From positions 1,178,001 to 1,242,000 of the forward strand of contig JAWMAR010000451.1 in NCBI GenBank assembly GCA_036785375.1: a stretch of DNA of 64,000 bases. Direction: 5' to 3'. The notes beneath the pieces were generated by a model. The model was given only the letters and a program-made list of their open reading frames with translations. It did no database searches and was not told the origin of the DNA. Positions 38,001 through 53,000 of this stretch are shown in pieces; within the stretch, counting starts at the first letter, position 1, and every line of letters starts with the position of its first letter. This DNA is from Leucoraja ocellata. Lineage: Eukaryota. A program made the position numbers and the translations under genes.

Positions 38001-41000
38001 TTTGGGAATATCGCATTAGGTTTGTGTCATTTGCTTCTTTATTGATAACTGTATAGTTTTCCAAACAAAATACGATTCTTTGATATTTTTCGGGGGAGCA
38101 TTATTCAATATTTCTGGAACAAAATTTCTAATTAATCTACCAACTGAAACAAGAAATATTTATTTGTTGCATTATTTTGTTAGAACTTTACTTTATGTCA
38201 GGGTAACTGACCACTGACTGAATTCATTGTTTCATTGAACATAGATAACATTATAAATAACAATTAAGTATGAAGTACGTTATTTGCCCTGTTAATGTCT
38301 TAGTGTCACTAATCCTCTGCGAATTTTCATAACATTTATTCTAATGGAATCAATATTGCTTTGGCAGCACTGATCAGATTTCAAATATGAATTAAAAACA
38401 AACAAATTTGCAATAAGGAGAAGAGACCCTGGTATACTTCATGGAAGCCAGGCAGTATTTCTCAAATTTTCACTTCCACCTACTAAACAATTAATGACTC
38501 TGGTCAAATGGTACTTCCAGACTGTTAGCTTTAATTTATCATAATTCTTTCATTAATATCCTTCAGGAATTCAACAGTGCCTTTAAGACAATGTATTTGT
38601 ATTATTTTATTTTAGCCTTCTTGATCAAATTAAGAGTCCTCAAGTAAGAAGAGTAATAGGCATTCTTCAGGTTGCAAAATCCAGATCATTGAAACATTGG
38701 AGAAAACTGGTAACTTTTACTTTTAAACTGACTTTATTAGGCAAATATGTTCTAGTATTTTTAATGAAATGTGTGCATGAAAATAATTGTACATTCTTTC
38801 ATCAAATAAATTATAGAGGATGTCAATTCCTTGTAATAATCTTTCATTTTCCTTTGGTTTAGGATAGCAATATTACTGATGCAGCAAATGAGGGTAAAGA
38901 TAATGTGAAATATCTCTACACACTGGACAAATTCTTTGGACCTCTTGCCAAGTGCACACCGGTTGGTTGAAATATTCTGATGGATTCTACTCTACTTAAA
39001 CAAAGTATATAATATAAAGAGAATATATTTAAACATTTATTGTTTCAGGCCACCATGGTTGAACATGTTCCCAACTTGATGAACAGTATTCGGATGATCC
39101 ACAGCATTTCAAAGTACTACAACACATCAGAACATATGACTTCTCTCTTTATCAAGGTTACCAATCAAATGATTAGCACATGCAAAAAGTACCTCTGTCA
39201 GGGTGTTGGAAAAATATGGGAGCATGACAGGTAATCACATTATCTACTTTTGGAGAATGCAGATGTTTTTCATTGCACAATAATTATTTGTAACCAAATC
39301 TTTCATAAATTTGCTGAGCACAAAAATTAAAGAATAATACAAATTAATGAATATCTGAAATGTTGCTTGATCAATAAGTTCCACAGCAAGTATAATGCAA
39401 AGTGAAGTTCCTTATGCTCAGCTGCAACAATGTGATTCATCATAAAATACAGTATATAAGCAGATTTACAGGGAATTTATTTTAAAGGGCCAAAAAAGTA
39501 GGCATTCCTGAAATGGGAGTGGATTGACCTCTCGAACCCTGCGCACAGAATGGTCTCTCTAGTGCCTCCTACTGACTGACCTCTCCAAATGCTGGAATGA
39601 CTTCCATACTCCAGCCCTCAGACTGACCTCTCCCAGGTGCTAGACTGGTCTGTAGTTGGACCGAATCTTTCATGTTGTTGGGCTGCATTTCCTAATTCAG
39701 TGTCTCAATAGTGATAGATTAGAAATGCTTACCTAATTTAAGAAGTTCAGGTGAGAAGGCAAGTTTCAAATTTTGTTTTGTAATAGTTGTAATTTTTTCA
39801 ATCTGGGCAATGACTTTTTCTATTATATTGTACATTATGTATTTTTAGTATTTTAAAAATAAATAGTACTCACTAATGAGGTCAGTTTGTGAATAGTTAT
39901 TGGGAATTTTCAAGAATGTTTTCACACTAAAATTGAAGTCCTCAAAAAACACGGCAGCATTCACACCTGCAACATTCACTGGAATGCATAATAACTCCAA
40001 CTTCAGCTGAGACCTGACTAATGCTCCAGTGTACCATTTCCCATTTGTAAATTTATTCTTGTGACCTTTATTGCGCAGTGTTCAACTGGGAGCAATAATG
40101 CATGTTGTGTTGAGGTGCAGAATATTCAATACACATGCTTTAATTCCCTATTCCTTGTCTATGGGTTGTTTTACCTTTTGCAGACTCTAGGGAGGGACAG
40201 TTCACAAACTTGTGGTTGCAAATAAATCAGAGCTCATGAATTCCCAAGGAGGAAAAAAAGTGAATCAGTAACTTTATCATGCAGCACAATAGAGGATATT
40301 TTAGACTAATATATTTAAAATCATGAACATTAATTTATTGTGTGTTGACTGTACAGAAGGAGTGTTGTAGGAAGATCGTGATTTCATTTTTTGCTTGTAG
40401 ATCATTCTTTCATTTTTGCTTTTTTGTCTATTCCACGTTGATTCATCTTGAATTGAATTAATATACTGACATTGAGAGGGAAGTACAGCTTGCAGTAAAT
40501 TCCTTTGTAAAATCTTTCTTCCAATCTGGCCAAGATTTGAATGATTGGTGGCCTGGGAACATTGTAATGCGCATTGTTTACAAAAAATGGTCAGACTGTG
40601 AACCTCCTCTCTCCAACCCCAATGCTAAGACTATGGAGGTTTGTTAAGAATGTTTATGGAACAGGAATGGTGGCAGTAAGAGTAACTACTTCATCCCACC
40701 ATGTTTTATATCAACACCTATGTTGGGGGTAGGGAAAGGTGCTGCAGCCAATCAACCATTCAGGAAACTGCCATGAACCACGTTTGCTGACTTCTGACTG
40801 CACAAGTAAACTAGAGTTTTGTATTCAACACTGATACACAGGTACTTCATACGATCACTTAGAACTCTTCCAGATTTACAGCCTTTGTTTTAGAAGTAAC
40901 ATTAGAATAGGGGATTTTTAGAATCTCTGTGTATATTCCCCTGAATACTCATAAACAAAACTAATTTCTGCCTTCTGACATGAAAAAGTATTTTAAACAA

Positions 41001-44000
41001 AACTTGCAATCTGGGAGGGAATTAACATATTGACAGATCACATTGGCATTCCTGTTAGCTTAATGAGCGTAATTCTTTGGTACTCTCCTGGCATTGGTGT
41101 TCATTTTTTTTTAATGTGGCTATAAACTTACATCTGTTGATTTGAAATATTTAATAGAACGGAACAATCTCCAACCCCTGAGCTTTGTAAATTCTGGACC
41201 CAGTTAGTTGCTGATTGTTAATTGTAAAGGATAGTTTTGTTACCCCCCTGGGTGTTGCGAAAGTGAGAACTTTCCTTTCCCGATGTGTCTTCAAAAATAG
41301 TAGCTTCTAATGTAGTTACGGGTTCAATAATTAATTTTGCAGGTATGGATAATGAATTGCGGTTGAGATTTAGCATTAGAAATGATCAGAGACACTGCTG
41401 AAAAAGAAAGACCTTTTAGTTGTGTTTACTCTTATAATTCAAAATATAAAATGCTTAAAATGAGCAATATTCAGAAACCATGTTCAGATCTAATTCAGTG
41501 AAGGTTTGTGAGGGATTTTTGGCTGGATCATTAAATAGAAAATTTGTAGAAGTGAAACTACTCAATTCAAACAGAAACATGCAGTCTAAATTGTTTAGCT
41601 TTGGTCTGACTGGTAGCTCCCTTAGAATTCTGTAGGCAGTAAAACAAACCAGCAATAAGTAATGTGTAGAAAGGAACGGCAGCTACTGGTATTTCTGTTT
41701 TTGGGATGTTTATCAATTCAAGCTGCACATTTAAGAGTTGACTAGAACTTCTGAAATTACGAGCTCACAAGATTACTCCAATGATTCTTGAGAATATAAC
41801 ATTAAATATTAAGTTTAATATTGAGATTGGTGATTATGAATATATTATTGTTCCAGTTATGTAAGATCTGACTTGTGGAAATGTGACTTTACACAAATTC
41901 TCCCATATCATTTTAAAGTATTTTTCAAGATCGAAAAGTTAGTTATAGATAAACAGACTTCAGATTATGGAATAGGAACAGCAGCTAGTTAATTCAAAGG
42001 ACAACAAATATTCAAAACTGTTTAAACGTAGCTCCTCACAGGAATCAGACACAGTTGTTTATTAAGAATGTAGGTGTCAATTTACAGCAGGAGGCGATGG
42101 CAGAGACTTGCTTTGGGATCTCGTCTATTGAGATTGCATTGTCAGTTTATGGAAGGAAGCAGAGGGTGATGGTGGAAGGTTGCTGGACTGGAGACCTGTG
42201 ACTAGTGGTGTACATCAGGGTTTGGTGCTGGGCCCGTTAATGTTTGTCATCTATATCAATGATTTGGATGAGAACATACACGGCAAGATTAGCAAGTTTG
42301 CAGATGATACAAAAGTGGGTGGTTTTTCAGATAATGAAGATAGTTGTGAAAAATTGCAACAGGATCTTGATCAATTGGGCATGGGCTGAGGAATGGTTGA
42401 TGGAATTTAATGCAGAAAAATGTGAGGTGTTACATTTTAAGAAGCCTAACATGGGCAGGACCTACACAGTGAATGGTAGGGCTCCGGGTAGTGCTGTAGA
42501 TCAGAGGGATCTAGGAGTGTAGGTGCATAGTTCCCTGAAGGTAGAGTCGCAGATAGATCGGGTGATCAAAAAGGCTTTTGGCATATTGGCTTTCATCAGC
42601 CAGAGTATTGAGTACAGAAGTTGAGAGGTCATGTTGCAGTTGTATAAGACATTGGTGAGGCCACATTTGGAGTATCAAGTTCAATTCTGGGCACCATGTT
42701 ATACGAAAGATGTTGTCAAGCTGGAAAGGGCACAGAGAAGGTTTACGAGGATGTTTACAGGACTAAATGGTCTGAGCTATAGGCAGAGGTTGAGTAGGCT
42801 GGGACTCTATTCCTTGGAGCGCAGGAGGATGAGGGGTGATCTTATAGAGGCTACTAAGATCATGAGAGGAATAAATTAGGTTGATGTACAGTCTCTTTCC
42901 CAGAGTAGATGAATCGAGGACCTGAGGACATAGGTTTAAGGTGAAGGGGAAAAGATTGAATAGGAATCTCAGGGGTAACTTTTTCATACAAATGGTGGTG
43001 GATGTATGGAACAAGCTGCCAGAGAAGATAGATGAGGCAGGAACTATCCCAACATTTAAGAAGCAGTTAGACAGACACATGGATTGGACAGGTTTGGAGG
43101 GATATAGACTAAATGCTAGCAGGTGGGACTTGTGTGGCTGGGACATGTTGGCCGGTGTGGGCAAGTTGGGCTGAAGGGCCTGTTTCCACACTCTATGACT
43201 CTGTGACACTATAAGACTTGTAAAATACTTTATCAAACCACGTAACATCCATTGATACTTTTAAGGTAATTGAAACTAGCCATTGGATGTGGGACAATAT
43301 GATTCAATACCATTTAAGCACAAAGAGGAAGACATTAAATACATTTTCATGTTAATTGTCACCCATTGAAATTGTTCATTTCTGATGTATAGAAAAGTCA
43401 TTTTACAAACGTTCTGGGGAACGGAGCCCTTACGGACTTCTTGTACTTTACACAAGTACACCATCTTTAGGCTGATTCACATAGCTTCATAGAATCATAG
43501 AGCTGTTACAGCAGAGAAGGTGTCGATTGGGTCCATCAAGTCTGTGCCAGCTCAAAGTACAGCCATTCCATAAGTCCCATTCCTCCTTTCCCCATAGTTC
43601 TACATATTATTCTCTAGGACCCATGTAATTCCTTTTTGTTGAAGGCACCATGGTAACAGGCAGTAAATTACAATTAATAACTATTTTTCATAAGAAAGGT
43701 ATTTCTCCTATATTCTTTACATCTGTTATCCAAATTTAAATTGGTGTCCTTGAACCCGATAGAGGGAACAACTTTCTTTTGTTTATCCAACCTAAAGCAA
43801 TTGTCATTCTGTACACTTCTTTGAAACTTTCTCTCAACCGCTATCACTTCAATAAAGACATTCCCTAGGTTCATTATTCTAACTTTTCAATTAATCTTTT
43901 CTCAGAGCTCGACATTCTTTCTGAAGTGTAGTGATTAGATCTACAAACAGTAGTCCAGAGGTAGCCATAGACGTGGATACAATTTCAACTTTCAAGACAT

Positions 44001-47000
44001 TTGGATAAATATTTGGATAGGAAGGGTTTAGAGGCCTGTGGATGAAATGCAAGAAAATGGGACTGGCCCAGTATGCTAAATTGATTAGCATGCCATTGAC
44101 TTAAGTTTTACAAGGGCTCCTTGAGGCCACACTTGATGAAATGCAGCCTTGCTGTCAGGGGAAGTCACTTTATATCTGGAGTTCAACTGTTCTAGTACAG
44201 TATTGATGCATTGATGATATTGTGATCATGTAAAGAGCTTTATATAATTATAATCTACGTATTTCAACATTTTAATATATTTCATGCTTTATAAATACGC
44301 ATTTTGTCTGAAGCTTCTTAATCAAAATAATTCCCAAACATTTGGGCTAGCATTTAGAAATAGATTTTACAGGTAAACTCGTATTAACTTGTTTGATGAA
44401 AAAGAAAACAACTTTTAATTTACTGCCTATTTCAGACAGGAACTGCTGAAGAGAATCAAGGAAAGCATACAGTTAAACCTTGAGTATCAAAAACACTTCC
44501 AACGAATCAGGGAGAAGCTTCAGGAAAATCCTAAGGAGAGGCAATTTGAATTTAGGTAATTGTATTGCTCGGATTTAACAGTATCTACATGATAAATGCA
44601 GCCAAATTTGGCTTTATATTCCATTTTACGTTAATTCTTATTTAAAGTTTCTGACCATACATACCACTTGTGATATACGTAGAAGGTATGGGACAGACAA
44701 ATGGCCAGTGCTATCACCAGACTGCAGCTGCTGGAATCGGCAAGTGGAACTTAGTAGGTCAGGCAGCATTTGTCATGGGAAATTGACAGTTTACATGGTA
44801 AGGTGGGAATTTTCATCTGCACTGCTTTTTCTGAGAGTGAAAAGATTTGAATTTGAAAGATGTGGGGTTGCAATGATTGAGGAAAATCAAGACGTTGATG
44901 TCATATAAGCAGATAGGATGAGAAGGTCAAGAGGGGGTGAAAGGCCGAAGAACGATATCCAAGTTGAAGAGGAGCGTTGGAAACGGGATAAAGGGTTGTC
45001 AGTGAAGGAAGAGGGGTCCTTGCCAAAGAAATAATAGAGGCAGAAGTGACAGAAGAACTCGACATCATGGTGAGTTCAGAATTCACTCAGGGTTACAAAG
45101 GGAAGGCCTTTGCTGGGGACAGACTGCTCAATGTCAGAGAGGGGAAGGTCACAGCGGATGGCGAAGGCATGGGGTTAGAGCTAAGGCCAGGCATGGAATC
45201 AGAAGAGGGAAATGGGAGGGAGTGTTCGGAGGGGGGGGGGGAGGGGGGGGGATGGTGGGGGGTAATGTGGTTGGGGAAAGGGGGTTCAGAGGAGAGAGGA
45301 AAGGGAGAGAGGTTAGGGATGGGACATGTGTTCATTGGCTGGTGGTCTTGCGTGTTGTGATCAGCAACAAGGGAAGAGTAACAGGACCAAGCAGGCGGGA
45401 GAAATGGTGGGTCATCTGCATGGCATTGGAGATTGGTGCCCTCATTAGGTGAGCAGCAGGCCTCGCACAGCGTTTGGGGGTCTTGTCCGGGAAGCAGGCA
45501 AGAGACAGGACTCCCTCACAGTGTTAGTGCCCTCGCCTAGGAGGAGATCAGAGAAACGATCTCTACAAATGATGCTATATAGAAAGATAATACACAATTC
45601 ATATTCCTGGCCTTCCCATCTGTCATATTAAGTTAATTAACTTTTCATTCCATCCATCAAACTCCACCTCTATCTCGAAGGCAGGCAGCGGTTTAACCAA
45701 AATATAAGATCATTAATGGTACAAACAAAATGCTGGAGTAACTCAGCGGGTGAGGCAGCATCTCTGGAGAGAAGTAATGAGCGACGTTTTGGGTCGAGAC
45801 CCTTCTTCAGACTGATGTCAGGGGACGGGGCAAGACAGAGATAGAATGTAGGTGGAGACAGTAAGACTAGTGGGAGAACTGGGAAGGGGAAGGAGAGAAA
45901 AAGCAAGGGTTATCTGAAGTTAGAGAAGTCAATGTTCATACCGCTGGGGTATAAACTAACCAAGTGAAATATGAGGTGCTGTTCCTATAATGGTACCCCT
46001 GCATACCTCCTGGACCCAATTAGTGTATCAATAAATGGTTGCGTAACAGATACAAGTCTTCCCTAGCTTACATACAACCGGCCGTTTGTGAGACCAGCAG
46101 GATGGATTTCTTGCTGCCACAGGCTGCAGACATCTTTTGCTGTGTGGGAACTCTGCTTGCAGCAGAAACCATGGATCCTGCATGCAAAATAACGCTGACT
46201 ATCTCTAATCATCCCCTGTCTAATACAAATCCTATCCGTCATAATACTCTCCAGTAACTAGCCTACCACAGATGTTAGGCTCACTTTAATTTCCAGGCTT
46301 TTCCTTGCAGCCCTTCTTAAATAGACGCCACCCTCCAGTCTTCCGGCACCTCACCCATGTCTAATGATGATTAATGTATCTCAGCCAGGACACCTGCAAT
46401 TTCTGCTCGAGCTTCCCACAGTGTTCTTGGATATATCTGATTATCCAATATCTAATAAATCTCAATATTTTTTAATCTAGTTTTTTTGAAGCTGACTTGA
46501 AAACCATGTAGATCTAGTGGATGATTCAATGTTTCCTTTGTGGTGTCATAAATGTCAAATATTAATTATATTGCATTGTATAACCTGAGGGACAGAATAC
46601 TGATATAACAGCCCACATCTCAGCAGTATTGAACGTTATTGCAGTTGTTACAAAACACTATAAACAGACCATTTTTGTTTTTGATCCTTTTATTATACTA
46701 TTTCCTATTTTTTTCTGACCCCGTACCTTGATTCCCCATGGAATCCTATCTGTCCTACTCTCTGGCTTATTTCCCTGTAATCTATTCACTCTTTCTCTAA
46801 TTTTCTTGTCACCCACGTATACTAGAGGTAATTTACAGTAACTAATCAACCTGTTAACCAACACTTCTTTGAGATTTAGGAGATCATTCACGGAAATATG
46901 TGGTCATAGGGACAATGTGCAAACTCTAGATAGACAGCAATTGAAGTTAGTATTAAACCTATGTAGTCCAAAGTGCCGGAGTAGCTCAGCGGGTCAGACA

Positions 47001-50000
47001 GCATCTGCAGAGGACATGGATAGGTAATCTTTTGGGTCGGGACCCTTCTTCAGAAAGCTGGTAAAGAACCTTGGTAGGACAAAACCTGGCAAATGATAGG
47101 TAGATGTAGGTGAGAGGTAGTTTAGGCGGACCAGCTTATCAAACCCACCTTACCTGTAATCTGCCTATCCAGCTCTTTCATCTGCAAACTGCCTATCAAA
47201 CCCCTTATTCTGTCTATCAAACCCCTCTCACCTTGATCCATCTATCACTTGCCAGGCTTAGTCCCCCCTCCATCTCTTTTCCTTCTTTCTTCCCACGACT
47301 GCGAACAACCTGAAGAAAGCTCCCTGTTCAATACAGGAATCTTGAGCAAAACACAAAGTGCTGGAGTAAATCAGCAGGTTAGACAGATTTGTGGAAGATA
47401 CGGATAGGCAATGTTTCTGGTCGGGAACATCGCCTATCCATGTTCTCCACAAATGCTCCGTGACCCACAGAGTTACTCCAGCAATTTGTGTTTTGCTCAA
47501 GATTCCAGCATCTGCAGTTCCTTGTGCATCCATTAAACCTACGTTGCAGGAGTTGTACAGAAGCTTTAAATTTGTACTGTTTACTGTATGAAAAATCCCT
47601 TTTCATGCCCTAATTATTCTGTATTAACATCTAGGGACATGATCATGGTGCAACTTAATTGAATATGACACAATTCTGCTAAGGAAAGAAATGCAATGAG
47701 AAGTCATAGTTTATCCAGGAGAGGGAGCACTTGACACATAAATAGCTATACAGCTCACCATTTCAAAAATCAGTGCATTTATACACCCATCTGAAAAAAA
47801 AGATGTCCAGTAATGCTACCATGCTGAGAAAGGCATATGTACAGGAGGCTCTGTACAGGAGGCTCATGTCAGTTATTGGTTGGGCCCTGAGCTGCAAACC
47901 TCTGTCATACAATAGCCAAATAGCATTCTGCATATTTTAATCGACCTTGCACTGGAACAATACTCAAAGGCTTTTAAAATAAAAAGATTCAACTGCAATC
48001 CTCTCATCCTTCTCAACTCCAGAGTGTACAAGCCCAGCCGCACCATTCTCTCAGCACCAGAACAAGGTACGACTCTTTGGGCGACTACTCACGACCATAC
48101 AGGCTTCGCCCCATGACATGTCGCCGGGGGGTCGCCTGTATGGTCGTGAGTGGTCTCCTCAGTCGCCCAAAGAGTCGTAGCGTCTTTCTGGTCGCCGCTG
48201 GATTTTCAACATGTTGAACATTTTCGGCGACCTGCAACGACCTATGACGGGTGCCGGCAGTTGCCGTAAAAGATGCATAAGTGGGACAGGCCCATGAGAG
48301 TCAGGGCAGAGGGAAACTACAGGTATGAAAAGGTACAGAACAAATCACAGCCGGCTCTGATAATGCAAGAAAGGTGGAGCCCACAATGGTCCATTGTTGG
48401 CTGTGGAAGAGTGATAATGAAGGGATACAAACAGTGAAACTAGCAATATGACAAGGGTGGGGGAGGGGCAGAGAGAGAGGGAGTGCAAGGACTACTTGAA
48501 ATGAGATAAATCAGTATTTACTGTATACCGCTGGGTTGTAAGCTGCCCAAGTGAATATGAGGTGCTATTCCTCCCATGTTCAGGTGGCCTCACCTTGACA
48601 GTAAAGGAGGCCTAGGACAGAAAGGTCAGTAAGGGAATGGGAGGGGAGTTGAAATGTTTGGCAACTGGGAGATCGCATAGGCCAAGGCAGATTGAGCGTG
48701 TGTTCAGTGAAACGATCGCCCAGCCTGTGCTAGGTCTTGCCAATATATAGGAGTCCACACAGAGAGCAACGGATGCAGTAGATGAGGTTCGAGGAGGTGT
48801 AAGTGAACCTTGCCTCACCTGAAAGGATTGTTGAGGTCCCTGGATGGAGTCAATGGAGGAGGTTTAGGGACAGGTGTTGCACCTCCTGCGGTTGCAGGGG
48901 AAAGTCCAGCATTTTGTGTCTATCTTTGTAGCTGCAGATATTTCATGTTTGAGATTTTTTTTTTAACTATCTTTATAAGTGTAACTATTTCCTCAGCTTT
49001 TAGCACTCATGAATGTTGAATGTTCATGAATAAAAGTGAGAGAATATAAAAGAGTTGTAAGCATCCAGTAGTTGAAGGCCAGAAATTGTTGACAACACAA
49101 AGAACAACCATAAAGTAGGCTTATAGGTAGTATAAAGTCTTCCCATAAGGAGAACCACAAAGAACCTGCAGAATGTGACAAAGAGTACCTTATTAAAATA
49201 GGGACAAGCTCCTGGCAACACCCAGTCAGCAGATCGTTCTGACCTTCCATTGGAGCATGCTGATTTTTAATAGCTTACAAACATCCTTTTAAAATACCTG
49301 AATATATTGATTTAAACATATAATGGAAATATATGAAATATTGAAATAAAGTTATGCACCTATTTGTACTTAAACTTTGTTCACCATCCTATTTAATTGC
49401 ATTTGTGGTGCAAATCATTCATGTGCTAGCCCTTTCTGGCATTAAGCTGTTGGGCGGATAACTTGCACTAAACGTTATTCCTTTATCATGTATCTATACA
49501 CTGTAAATGGCTCGATTGTAATCATGTATTGTCTTTACCTTTACTGGTTAGCAGGCGACAAAAGTTCACTGTACCTTGGTCCATGTGACATTAAACTAAA
49601 CTGAACTGGATGCTAAGTGCTTTTGGAACCACTCTGCAGGGAATTACAGCTCCAACACTGAGCTCAATGCTGAGTCTGGTAATGGAGCTGACCATCAGAT
49701 GTGCTGGGATCTGACCTGCTGGAAATGTCAGACTTTAAATTTGACGTATGCTCATGAAACTTCCTGAGAAACAAATGGTTGGAATCAATGGCTATCAACC
49801 ACCATATGTCTGCACTCTTAATGACAAAATTGTTTTACATGTGTGTTTATTTTCAAAGATCGAGGTATTGAGTTGCCTTGAAAACAAATATAAGAGGAAG
49901 AATATATTGAAGATATTCATAAAATGCTATTAATTAAAGAGATACAGGCCGAGTTTTTATTTGGCTTTTCCTAAGGTTGTCTTGGTTGTGAACCCATTGC

Positions 50001-53000
50001 TTAACAACTCAATAACCACAAGGCCCAAGGCTTTGGAAGTGACAGAGCCAGACTTTTACAAAATGAACTGTTTGTGTGTGCACACCAGTGAAGAATATTC
50101 ACGAGAAATCAGGGAAGTCCTGGACTAGGTCTGGGTACTGGTTTGGGGAATTGTTGGGAGAAACATCCAGGATGAGGAGAAAGGGCAGTGGATTGGAAGG
50201 TAATGACGGGTGTTGTGCGGTCTGGGTGTTGGTGCAGATTGCAATGGTAATATCTGCAAAGGAATGTGGTAAGGAGCAGTTCAATTTGGGAGGTTTGTAG
50301 GAAGTATTTCTTATAGTAAAACTTCTCCTCTCCATCACCATTCCTGCCTCCCTATTGGCTTTGTGGCTATAATGGTTGATAGTGATCATTTAAACAAGGT
50401 CACTTAGATTTTGCAAATGTAAGCTAAATGCCTTGGTTCTGTCAAAAGTAAAATGTCTGTGTGTATACATTAATTGTATTGTTTTATAATCTCATGTATA
50501 TAAAATTGCAATAAATTTTGCTTTTAGTGAAAACTACATTTTTGGTAAATTTGATACCTTTTGCAAACGACTGGAAAAGCTAATGAATGTGATAAACACC
50601 ATGGAAAGCCTCTCTGATCTGCAGAATGTTAAAATGGAGGGATTTGATAAAATATACTTGCGTTATCAGACAATTATCACCAGTTTGAAATCAAAGACTT
50701 ATGATGTACTGGATCACAGAAAGCAAGAGGTATTATATTCAATTGTGATTATGGATCAGAGTCTTGGCTTACTTTTTCGTTTAATAAGAGTACAATTTGC
50801 AAACTATTTTTTTCTCTGTTTGCCAGATGTAAATATATTAGTACAATTCAGCATGAGTTACACATGGTGGCATTATGTGACATTGTGAATGTCACATTTG
50901 TATGCTTTAATTCTCTAGTTTATATTTAAGTTGGCTGAACACTTCTATTTTTAACCACTTCCCACTGAGAGTGAATAGTCAGGACACATTTTTGAAAGGG
51001 AGATACTGTTGTGTCTGGGAATTGAACAGGAAATAAATAGATTTTTGGCAGAATCATTTCATGGATATTAGGTGTCAACTTTAATTTTGGGTCCAGAAAG
51101 TTTGATATTTTTCCTTGACATACCTAATTCCTCTCTCTAGTAATTGAAAGCTGGTTTCAATATTTTTTACAACAGTCAAGAGGCAAGACTGAGATTGGAA
51201 CCCCATAAAAGTTTTAAAAAAAACTGTAGATGCTGGAAATCTGAAATAAAAACAAAAATAGGCAGAAATATTTAGTAGATCAGGCAGCATCTGTGGAAAT
51301 TTCAGCTACTGGGTTTTTTATCAGAATGGGTGGATGGGTTCCAGACCTGAAACAATAACTGATCTGACTGTTTGCAGCATTATCCGTATTTATTTGAGCA
51401 AGGATTCAGAAAGGTAATGTTGCTGATCCGACCTGTCAATTTTGCGCTTACCTTTGCACAAATACATTGTTCTTCTGGTTAGATATTGCTGTATAGTATT
51501 TGCATTTATGATATAATGTTATTTTTCTTGAATTGCCCTTTGATATGCTAATTTATGAAAATCTCAGTACCTGCTGGTGTTATGAGAACACCCTTTAACA
51601 TTACTATTTTGAAGAGTTCCAGTTGTCTCTCATTATAATTTAATTTCCGCATGGTTTTTTTCAGTTTGACAATGATTACAAGGAATTTAAAGACCAGATG
51701 GAAGGATTGTATCAGTCAATGCAGGCATTTATGGATTCCTGGTTTGAACAATCTTTAACTGTAAGTACCAATAAATAAAAAGTATTCAAATAGGCCACTG
51801 AAACAAACCTATTACCTTCACTATTTTTCTGATATCCTTTCCAGATAGAACGCATGCTGGAGTTGCTTGGCAAGTTCGAACGTATTGCTGGAGCACAACT
51901 AGAAATAAATGACAAGTATCTAGTTGTCCTACAACGATTCGCGCGAGATTTAGACCTTGTGCGCAAGACCTATCAAAAACAAAGAGAAAATCCACCGACA
52001 CCTCGGAATATTCCACCTGTAAGTTTAATTTTAAATACATTTTCTCTAACCCAATTAATGATTTTATATGGAACTCCCATTTCTACATAAAGATCTTCAA
52101 AATTAAATCTGCATTGTTATTCAAAGACAATTGTATTTCACAGAGGGAGTACAGGTACGTGGTTCCCTAAAAGTGGCGAGTCAGGGGGAAAGTGTGGTGA
52201 AGAAGGAATTTGACACACTTGCTTTCATTAGGAAAGGTGCTGAGTACAAAAATTGGGACATCATGATGCAGCTGTGAAAGTTAAGTGAGACGCAATTGGA
52301 GTACGGTGTCCATTTCTGGTCGCCCAGCTATTGGAAGGATGCCATTAAATTGGAAAGTGCACAAGATGGGATCCCATGATCTGGATGTTACCTGGGCATG
52401 TGTGGTTGAGTTATAGAGAAAGGTTGGATAGCCTTTTCTTTGGAGCATAGGAGGCTGAGGGTTACTTTTTAAGGTGTACAAGACCATAAGGGGGATGGAT
52501 GAAGTAAATGCACACAGTCTCTTTTCCATAGTAGAAGATTTTAAAAAGGCTTAATTTTAGAGGGGAGAGATTTTAAAGGGACCTCGTTGGGCAACTTTTT
52601 CACTCAGAGGATAGACCGTGTCTGGAATGAGTTGTCGAGGAAGCTATAGAAGCAGATGCAATTACGACTTTTAAAAGACATTTGGACTTTTCCTAGAAGA
52701 CATTTCCTATGTATGGATAGGAAAGGTTAAAAGGACTATGGCCAAAAGCAGGCAAATGAGACTAGCCCAATTGTCAACATGGTGCGCATGACAAGGTGGG
52801 TCGAAGACCTTGTTTTTGTGTTGAACTGCTCCATGACTCCATGACATAGGATCAAAACTAGGGAATTTTCTACCTTTCATAAAAAGGGATATTGGACATA
52901 GAGCATTACCTTACAAGTGTGCATAATACAGTTCAAAAGTACTTTATTATTTGCAGAGTCAAAGGGCATCCTGATGTCATGAAATATGCTATATAAATGC

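Noticed and set aside
33792-48294. Harbinger-like left and right termini as the two ends of one 14.5-kb element capturing exons 9-13
   Set aside because: The flanking trinucleotides differ (TAA versus TGA), the subterminal repeats differ, and the enclosed exons are normal parts of the host gene.
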